32,000 bases of DNA from an uncultured bacterium (lineage in GTDB: Bacteria > Verrucomicrobiota > Kiritimatiellia > RFP12 > UBA1067): NCBI GenBank assembly GCA_902769585.1, contig CACXPT010000024.1:12682-44681 (forward strand), read 5' to 3'. A program made the translations under genes and the position numbers. Of this stretch, positions 1-6,069 are shown one piece after another. Numbering within the stretch: the first letter of the stretch is position 1; each line of letters opens with the position of its first letter. The notes under the pieces are model-generated. The model saw only the letters and a list, made by a program, of their open reading frames with translations. It had not been told where the DNA came from and ran no database searches.

Positions 1-2
1 GG

Positions 3-140
3 CATCACGATGTGCTGGCGCTGTGGATACCTGATACGCCGGAGTCGCCTACCGTGTGCGCCACGCGGGCGATGGCCGCGCGGCTCAAGGACGTGGAATA
101 TCCGTTGCGGTTGGTGGCGGACGGCAAGGTGGAGAAGTGA
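3..140 (+). CDS. 3' end of an upstream gene cut by the window edge; product unknown
   Basis: The frame is open from the window edge to TGA at 138-140 and reads ...HHDVLALWIPDTPESPTVCATRAMAARLKDVEYPLRLVADGKVEK*. Third-position G/C bias matches the neighbouring genes. The stop overlaps the Shine-Dalgarno of the next gene. It is too short for the ORF track, and no family was recognised. Confidence 0.4.
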   Translation, partial: HHDVLALWIPDTPESPTVCATRAMAARLKDVEYPLRLVADGKVEK

Positions 141-151
141 GGAGCTTGCGA

Positions 152-1021
152 ATGGTCAGCTGTGAAAACTTGGCGGCCCGTGCCAGCATGATGCGGACGA
201 TCCGCGCCTTCTTCGATTCGCGTGGATTCGTGGAGGTGGAGACTCCGGTGCGGATACCCGCTCCCGCGCCGGAACCGCACATAGATTGTCCGGCGAGCGG
301 AGATTGGTTCCTGCGCGCTTCGCCGGAGCTGCAGATGAAGCGTCTGCTCGCCGCCGGGCTTCCGCGCATCTACCAGATCGGACCATGCTTCCGAGAAGGC
401 GAGAGGGGAAGACGCCATGCGCCGGAGTTCACCATGCTCGAATGGTACCGCGCGGAGGCTGGGTACATGGAGATAGCGCGCGACATGGAGGAGCTTGTGG
501 GCGAGGTCCTGCAAGCGCGCTGGGGCGCGTCGGGGCCGCAGCCGTTCGCGTGGATCACGGTCCGCGAGGCGTATCGGCGGTGGGCGGGCTGGGATCCGGT
601 AGAGGAATGGGACCAGGACCGCTTCGACTTCGACATGGCCACCAAGATAGAACCGAATCTTCCGAAGGAGCCGCTGTTCCTTGCAGACTATCCCGCGCCT
701 GCCGCGTCGCTCTCGAAGCTGAAGGAGGGTGATCCGCGAGTGGCGGAACGCTGGGAACTGTACGTCGACGGAATGGAGCTCGCGAACGCGTTCACTGAGC
801 TGACGGATGCCGCCGAGCAGCGGCGGCGCTTCGAGGCCGCGCGCGAGGAGAGGCGTGCCCTCGGCGAGGCCGACTATCCGCTCGACGAGGAATTCCTCGC
901 GGATCTGCAGCGCATGCCGCCAGCCGGCGGCGTGGCGCTTGGGGTGGACCGTCTCGCGATGCTCGCGTGCGGGGCTGCCTCCATCGACGAGGTCAGGGAT
1001 ATGATATACTACCGCAAATGA
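152..1021 (+). CDS. epmA: EF-P--(R)-beta-lysine ligase (GenX/PoxA-type class II lysyl-tRNA synthetase paralogue)
   Basis: This is ORF 56..1021 with the start moved to ATG 152, which has GAGGAG at 139-144; the 5' extension overlaps the previous gene. It carries class II aaRS motif 2 (FREGERGRRHAPEFTMLEWY) and motif 3 (GVALGVDRLAML). There is no anticodon-binding domain and the protein is about 290 aa. Confidence 0.85.
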   Translation: MVSCENLAARASMMRTIRAFFDSRGFVEVETPVRIPAPAPEPHIDCPASGDWFLRASPELQMKRLLAAGLPRIYQIGPCFREGERGRRHAPEFTMLEWYRAEAGYMEIARDMEELVGEVLQARWGASGPQPFAWITVREAYRRWAGWDPVEEWDQDRFDFDMATKIEPNLPKEPLFLADYPAPAASLSKLKEGDPRVAERWELYVDGMELANAFTELTDAAEQRRRFEAAREERRALGEADYPLDEEFLADLQRMPPAGGVALGVDRLAMLACGAASIDEVRDMIYYRK

Positions 1022-1053
1022 CAAGAATCTTTCTTGAAGGAGCTTTATAAAAA

Positions 1054-2790
1054 ATGAACTTGCGTAGCAAATGGGAATTCGGAGAGGCGCGCGAGTGCCG
1101 CCGCGGTCTGCTGTGCGGCATGGGCATCAGTCCGGAGGAGCAGGCGCGTCCGCTCATCGGCATCGTCAACAGCTGGAACGAGTACAACCCCGGCCACGTG
1201 CATTTGAAGGCGCTCGCGGAGCGCGTGAAGCAGGGCGTGCGCGACGCGGGCGGCTTCCCCGTGGAGGTGATGACCACCGGCATCTGCGACGGCATGGTGC
1301 TGAAGGACCCGAAGTACGTGGAGATCCCCTCGCGCAACTCGATCGCCGACCAGGTGGAGATCACCGCCGAGGGCAACTTCTTCGACGGCATGGTGATGCT
1401 CTCTACGTGCGACTCCATCGTGCCCGGACACCTGATGGCGGCGGCGCGGCTCGACATCCCGACCGTGGTGGTGACGGGCGGCTACATGCCGCTCGGCACG
1501 TTCCGCGGACGCGAGGTGCTGCACATTCACGCGCAGGACAAGGTAGGCACGATGAAGGCCGGGAAGATCGACCCAGACGAGTACAACGGCCTCATCGAGC
1601 ACTCCTGGGGCACGTGCGGCGGGTGCACCTCGATGACGACGGCCAACTCCATGTGCATGGTTGCCGAGGCGCTCGGAATGTCGCTCCCCGGCAACTCCAC
1701 CGTGAGCGCCGTCTCGAGCGAGCTCGCCCTCATCGCTTACCGCGCCGGCGAGCGCGTGATGGCGCTCGTGAAGGATGGGATCACGGCGCGGAAGATCATC
1801 ACGCCCGCCTCGATCCGCAACGCGATCAAGATGGACATGGCGGTGGCGGCGAGCTCGAACCTCATCCTCCACATCCCGGCCATCGCGCACGAGGCCGGCT
1901 ACGACGAGCCGTGGTGGAAGTACTTCGACGAGGCGTCGAACGAGATCCCGCTCCTCGCGCACCTCGCGCCGAGCGGTCCGTACAATTTGCATGATCTCGA
2001 CCTCGCGGGCGGGCTGCCGGCCGTGTTGAAGGAACTGCTGCCGAAGCTCGACGGCGACTGCCTCACTGTGACCGGCAAGACCCTCGCCGAGAACGTTGCG
2101 GGTGCGCGGCGGTACCCGATTTCCGGCGCGGGGCGCGCCGGAAACGTTTGCGGTGCCGCTGGGGACAACGTTTGCGGCGCGCCCCGCGCCGCATCAGAGA
2201 ATGTGATCCACACGCTGGCGGAGCCGGTGATGCGCAAGCCAGGCATCGGCGTCCTCTACGGCAACCTCGCGCCGGAGGGGGCGATCATCAAGATCGCCGC
2301 CGTGCCCGAGCACCTTTTCACGTTCACGGGTCCCGCGCGCGTGTTCGACTCGCTCCATGCCGCGCTCGACGCGCTGCGCGCGGGCGAGGTGAAACCGGGC
2401 GACGCGTGCGTGCTGCGCTTCATGGGACTCAAGGGACGCTTCGGCACGACGGCGTTCACGTTCCAGGAGGAGCTGAAGGGGCACGCCGAGCTGTACAACT
2501 CCTGCGCCGTGATCACGGACGGACGCTTCTCGGGCGGCACTTCGGGCCTCTCGGTGGGATACGTCTCGCCCGAAGCCGCGCTGGTGGGTCCGCTCGGCCT
2601 TGTGAAGGACGGCGACACGATCGTGATCGACATCCCGAACCGACGCATCGACATGCAGGTGGACGATGCGGAACTCGCGCGGCGCAAGGCGTCGTTCAGC
2701 TGGACGTTCGACGAATCGGCCTATCCGCGCTACCTGCGCCTCTTCGTGAAGAACGTCGGGTCGATGGCCCACGGCGGAATCTGGGAATAG
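1054..2790 (+). CDS. ilvD: IlvD/Edd family dehydratase (dihydroxy-acid or sugar-acid dehydratase) carrying an in-frame repeat insertion
   Basis: The ORF is 578 aa with GAAGGAG at 1036-1042. Family motifs present: [34 protein letters not shown] and [22 protein letters not shown]. The segment [25 protein letters not shown] (about 2122-2196) is encoded by the palindromic repeat rather than by family sequence. Confidence 0.88.
   Translation: MNLRSKWEFGEARECRRGLLCGMGISPEEQARPLIGIVNSWNEYNPGHVHLKALAERVKQGVRDAGGFPVEVMTTGICDGMVLKDPKYVEIPSRNSIADQVEITAEGNFFDGMVMLSTCDSIVPGHLMAAARLDIPTVVVTGGYMPLGTFRGREVLHIHAQDKVGTMKAGKIDPDEYNGLIEHSWGTCGGCTSMTTANSMCMVAEALGMSLPGNSTVSAVSSELALIAYRAGERVMALVKDGITARKIITPASIRNAIKMDMAVAASSNLILHIPAIAHEAGYDEPWWKYFDEASNEIPLLAHLAPSGPYNLHDLDLAGGLPAVLKELLPKLDGDCLTVTGKTLAENVAGARRYPISGAGRAGNVCGAAGDNVCGAPRAASENVIHTLAEPVMRKPGIGVLYGNLAPEGAIIKIAAVPEHLFTFTGPARVFDSLHAALDALRAGEVKPGDACVLRFMGLKGRFGTTAFTFQEELKGHAELYNSCAVITDGRFSGGTSGLSVGYVSPEAALVGPLGLVKDGDTIVIDIPNRRIDMQVDDAELARRKASFSWTFDESAYPRYLRLFVKNVGSMAHGGIWE
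2121..2195. repeat. REPIN-like inverted doublet of the 19-nt GC-rich palindromic core, inside the IlvD/Edd CDS
   Basis: The forward core CCGGCGCGGGGCGCGCCGG lies at 2123-2141 and the inverted core GCGGCGCGCCCCGCGCCGC at 2174-2192. The 16-nt arms 2124-2139 and 2176-2191 are exact reverse complements. The spacer contains a duplicated AACGTTTGCGG. Confidence 0.9.
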
Positions 2791-2837
2791 AGAAGAGTGG
2801 ATAGTGAAGAGTGAATAGGTAAAAAGAAGAACGAGAG

Positions 2838-4090
2838 ATGATGAACACAAGAAGGCAGTTTCTGCAGTTTGCGGGTGGGGGATTTGCGGCCGCATGGGCG
2901 ACATTTCATGCGCGGGCGCTCGCCGACGTGGCGGCGCCGCGTCCGCCGCTGCGCCTCGGCGTGGTGAGCGACATCCACATCCGCAACAACGGCAAGACGG
3001 AGAACGGCTACGTCGCCGGCTCCACCGGCACGTTCCGCGCCGCCCTGGAGTATTTCCGCGAGCGCCGCGTGGACGCCGTGGTGATCGCCGGCGACATGGC
3101 CGACACCGGAAAGATGTCCGAGCTGGACCGCGTGGGACAGGTCTGGCGCGAGGTGTTCCCCGACTGCAAAGGGTTGGACGGCGCGCGCGTGGAGCCGATC
3201 TTCGTGTACGGCAACCACGACCGCCTCGCGTGGAAGTGGCCCCTGCGGGGGGCGGCCGCCAAGGATCCCGAGAAGGTCGCATACGAGAAGGACATCCCGG
3301 CATACGCCGCCGCGCACGCGGCCGAGCTCGACCTGCACGGGCCGCGTCCGTTCTTCTGCGTGCAGCACCCGCATCCGAAGGGGACGCTCTTCAGCTACTG
3401 GGGCAAGGGGGCCTCACCGACGACCGTTCCGTGTGGCAGGGCGCGTTCACGGCCGTCAACACGTGCACGCTACTGCAGATCTCGACGCCCTACGGCGGCG
3501 AGTGGCAGTGCGTGAATTCGCGCCGCAAGGACACGAGCCAGGCCCGTCACATGGGTGCGACGAGCCGCAAGGGACGTCAGGGCATGGTGATGGACGTGTG
3601 GCCCGACCGGCTGGAGATCGAGCGGCGCGAGTTCGCGCTCGGCGAGGTGGCGGGGCCAGTGCGTACGGTGCCGGTACCAGCAAATCCGGCGAATCCCGTC
3701 TATGGCTACGCCGCGCAGGCCGCGCGGACCAGTGCGCCGAAGTTCCCTGTGGGCGCGGCGGTGTCTGTGACGCGTCAGCGTGGTCAGAACACGAAGAAGG
3801 AGATGGAGGACCAGATCGTGGTCGAGTTCCCCTCCGCGTGCGCCGGCGGCGAGAAAGGCCGCGTGCTGCTCTATGAAATCCGTGCGCTCGTGGAAGAACG
3901 CGAGGTGGGCATGTGGAGGCTGGCGCAGGAACTCCACTTCCATCCGCTTGGGCGCGTGCCGACGTCCTCGCGCCTGGTGATCGGCGCAGACGAGGTGCCT
4001 GCGGGCGCGGTGACGTTCCGCGTGACGCCAGTCGGGTTCTTCCACAAAGGCGAACCGATCAAAGGCACGTTGCAGGCGAAGCGATCGTGA
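2838..4090 (+). pseudogene. Tat-signal metallophosphoesterase (calcineurin-like), frameshifted at a G5 run
   Basis: The N-terminal part is ORF 2838..3515: RRQFLQF twin-arginine signal, then VVSDIHI, AGDMAD, VYGNHD and VQHPHPKG motifs. It continues in the frame of ORF 2894..4090 (LTDDRSVWQGAFTAVN...GMVMDVWPDRLEIERREF). The switch is at GGGGG 3407-3411. Adding one G gives ...SYWGKGGLTDDRSVWQG.... No GHxH motif was seen. Confidence 0.7.
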
Positions 4091-6069
4091 GTGACGTGTT
4101 GGTCATCGGCGGCGGACTGGCCGGGTGGCGCGCGGCGGAGGCCGCCGTGGCGTCGGGTTGTTCCGTGACGCTGGTCGCCAACGGGTCGGGCAATTCGCCG
4201 GAGATCCACGCGCTCAATGTGCCGGTGGGGCCGGGCGACTCGGTGGAGCTGTTCGTCGAGGACACACTGAAGAGCGGTGGCGGCTCGTGCGATCCAGCGC
4301 TGGTGGAGGTGCTGTGCCGCGAGTCGGTGAAGCTGGCGGACGAGTTTCCGTTCGACCGCAACGCCGACGGATCGTACAAGATGATCCAGCCGCTTGGCTG
4401 CAGCGTGCCGCGTTGCGTCTCGATCGACCACAAGATCGGCGCGTGGGCGCTTGCAAAGATCAAGCGCGCACTCGTCGGGAAGGTCGAGGTGGTGGAAGGG
4501 CGCGTGACCGGGCTGGAGGCGGGAGGAACCGGCGCGGGGCGCGCCGGTAACGTTTGCGGCGCGCCTCGCGCCGCAATTTCACCTCCGCATCCGTTCTTCC
4601 CGGGTCGAGATTATTTCATGCTTTCCCTTGTCAATGTCTCGCGGGGTGAACATGTCGACTATTGGGAACTTCCAAATTGCGTTTATCACGTATGTTTTCG
4701 CCTCGCCGATTCCGTCGCTGTGTCCGTAAGGCGCGCATGGTCAGACGAACGCGAGGAGTTGGAAGCTCGTCGACGTGGGGAAGGGCCTCCGCTAAGCGAG
4801 GAAGAGTATCGTTCGCTTTTGGGATTACTGTCAGAGAAGATCGGGAGTTACCTCGATGCAGGGAATGGCTCATGCCTTTTGGCTCGGACTGGGATTGCAG
4901 ATTGGTTGCGTGATGCGATTTTCAACGATGATGGTTTAAGGTATGTCATTCACGCCGTTGGGATCATGCCAAACCATGTGCATGTCATCGTCCAGCCGTT
5001 GGAAGGCTTTCGCTTGCGGGAGATCGTCCGGCAGTGGAAGGGGATTAGTGCACACGCAATCAACAAGGTGTTGGGGCGCTCCGGGAAGGTCTGGATGGGC
5101 GATTTTTACAATCGGATCATTCGCGATGCCGATGAATATGCCAATCAGGTGGAATACGTGTTTGGGAATGACATGGTCTCGGCGTGGAAGAGGTCCGATC
5201 CGGCGCGGGGCGCGCCGGAAACGTGTGGGGTGGTGCCGGCGCGGGGCGCGCCGGAAACGTGTGGGGTGGTGCCGGCGCGGGGCGCGCCGGGAACGTTTGC
5301 GGCGCGCCTCGCGCCGCAAAAGGGAGCGGCGGAACGTTGCCTTTTTGCTCGTGCCGTTGTGTTGGCGACGGGCGGATGGTGTGGGAAGTACGCCTTCAGC
5401 GACAATCCGCCGGAACTGCGCGGGGATGGCATCGCGCTCGCGCAGTCGCTCGGCGCGGCGGTGCGCGACCTGGACGCCGTGCAGTACGAACCGACCGTCG
5501 CGCTCGCGCCGGCGCGATTGCGCGGCATCCCCGTGATCACCACGATGCTCCACGAGGGTGCGACCTTTCGCAATTGCTTCGGCAAGGAATTCCTGCCGGA
5601 CAAGCACGCCAACAAGGACGCGATCTCGCGGGCGATCCGCAGTGAGATCGAGGCTGGACGTGGTGTTCCGGCGCGGGGCGCGCCGGAAACGTGTGTGGGG
5701 AAGCCGGCGCGGGGCGCGCCGGAAACGTGCGGTGTCTGGTACGATGCCACTGGCGTGCCGCGCGAGATTCTCGAAACCCGCTATGCGGACACCGTGCGGC
5801 GCTACGCGGCGTGCGGCGTCGACATCACGCGCGAGCCGATGCTCGTGGCGCCTGCGCCTCACACATCGCTTGGCGGCGTCGTCATCGACGCGCGATGCCG
5901 CGTGCTGCGTGCGGACAGCACGCCCGTCCCCGGCCTCTTCGCCGCCGGCGAGGTGACGGGTGGCGTGCATGGCCGCAACCGCGTGGGCGGCAACGCAGGC
6001 ACGGAAGTTCTTGTGTTCGGTCGAATCGCGGGCGAGTCTGCGGCGCAATACGGGAAGCGGCCTCAATGA
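4087..6069 (+). CDS. FAD-dependent oxidoreductase (NadB/SdhA/FrdA flavoprotein-like), interrupted in-frame by three repeat/transposase insertions
   Basis: The start is GTG 4087, overlapping the upstream TGA (GTGA). The Rossmann motif is DVLVIGGGLAGWRAAEAA. AVVLATGG is present. The C-terminal signature is GLFAAGEVTGGVHGRNRVGGNAGTEVLVFGRIAG. The host-like segments 4087-4527, about 5335-5667 and 5740-6069 are all in one frame with the inserts. The 3' end overlaps the convergent RND gene by 7 nt. Confidence 0.75.
   Translation: MSDVLVIGGGLAGWRAAEAAVASGCSVTLVANGSGNSPEIHALNVPVGPGDSVELFVEDTLKSGGGSCDPALVEVLCRESVKLADEFPFDRNADGSYKMIQPLGCSVPRCVSIDHKIGAWALAKIKRALVGKVEVVEGRVTGLEAGGTGAGRAGNVCGAPRAAISPPHPFFPGRDYFMLSLVNVSRGEHVDYWELPNCVYHVCFRLADSVAVSVRRAWSDEREELEARRRGEGPPLSEEEYRSLLGLLSEKIGSYLDAGNGSCLLARTGIADWLRDAIFNDDGLRYVIHAVGIMPNHVHVIVQPLEGFRLREIVRQWKGISAHAINKVLGRSGKVWMGDFYNRIIRDADEYANQVEYVFGNDMVSAWKRSDPARGAPETCGVVPARGAPETCGVVPARGAPGTFAARLAPQKGAAERCLFARAVVLATGGWCGKYAFSDNPPELRGDGIALAQSLGAAVRDLDAVQYEPTVALAPARLRGIPVITTMLHEGATFRNCFGKEFLPDKHANKDAISRAIRSEIEAGRGVPARGAPETCVGKPARGAPETCGVWYDATGVPREILETRYADTVRRYAACGVDITREPMLVAPAPHTSLGGVVIDARCRVLRADSTPVPGLFAAGEVTGGVHGRNRVGGNAGTEVLVFGRIAGESAAQYGKRPQ
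4529..4574. repeat. REPIN-like hairpin (forward plus inverted core) flanking the transposase module on the left
   Basis: The forward core CCGGCGCGGGGCGCGCCGG lies at 4529-4547, the spacer TAACGTTT at 4548-4555, and the inverted core GCGGCGCGCCTCGCGCCGC at 4556-4574. The inverted core has one C-to-T mismatch to a perfect palindrome. Confidence 0.9.
4618..5199 (+). CDS. REP-associated tyrosine transposase (RAYT; IS200-like HUH/Y1) module, in-frame with the host ORF and lacking its own stop codon
   Basis: It starts at ATG 4618. The first strand is VYHVCFRL. The HUH motif is IMPNHVHVIV. The catalytic-Tyr region is VWMGDFYNRIIRDADEYANQVEYVFGND, comparable to E. coli RayT WQPRFWEHAIRNTKDYRHHVDYIYINP. 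GC content is visibly lower than in the flanks. Repeat cores flank it on both sides. The coding frame runs straight into the repeats at 5200. Confidence 0.8.
5200..5317. repeat. Repeat cluster: two identical 36-nt direct units followed by a full REPIN-like hairpin
   Basis: Segments 5200-5235 and 5236-5271 are both CCGGCGCGGGGCGCGCCGGAAACGTGTGGGGTGGTG, and each translates as [13 protein letters not shown] forward core follows at 5272-5290, then GAACGTTT, then the inverted core at 5299-5317. Confidence 0.92.
5668..5739. repeat. Two direct 36-nt repeat units inside the flavoprotein CDS (third insertion site)
   Basis: Perfect forward cores lie at 5668-5686 and 5704-5722. The units translate as [12 protein letters not shown] and [12 protein letters not shown]. 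The total is 72 nt, or 24 codons. Confidence 0.9.

Larger units (their letters stand above)
4529..5317 (+). mobile_element. RAYT-plus-REP unit inserted within the flavoprotein gene
   Basis: The transposase module at 4618-5199 is bracketed by a REPIN at 4529-4574 and by a cluster of three forward cores and one inverted core at 5200-5317. This is the canonical arrangement of a RAYT flanked by its cognate REPs, except that here it lies inside a CDS. Confidence 0.75.

Noticed and set aside
56-151. N-terminal extension of the epmA ORF (MRHAGDGRAAQGRG...)
   Set aside because: It overlaps the 3' end of the upstream gene in another frame and is low-complexity. A Shine-Dalgarno sequence plus ATG at 152 gives a normal-length protein.
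5-1024. 339-aa ORF on the minus strand, antisense to epmA
   Set aside because: The composition is Arg/Pro/Ala/His-rich. It fully overlaps a motif-supported gene. It is a typical stop-poor shadow frame of high-GC DNA.
3400-3415. Programmed -1 ribosomal frameshift in the phosphoesterase
   Set aside because: There is no canonical X XXY YYZ slippery heptamer and no obvious downstream pseudoknot. A one-base homopolymer indel is the simpler explanation.
3913-4086. 58-codon upstream extension of the flavoprotein ORF
   Set aside because: It lies inside the phosphoesterase coding frame and is Arg-rich nonsense. The Rossmann motif starts right after GTG 4087, which overlaps the upstream stop.
5200-5317. 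CRISPR array, considered because of identical 36-nt direct repeats
   Set aside because: The units are directly abutting with no unique spacers. There are only two or three copies. They are palindromic REP-like cores next to a RAYT, with no cas genes.
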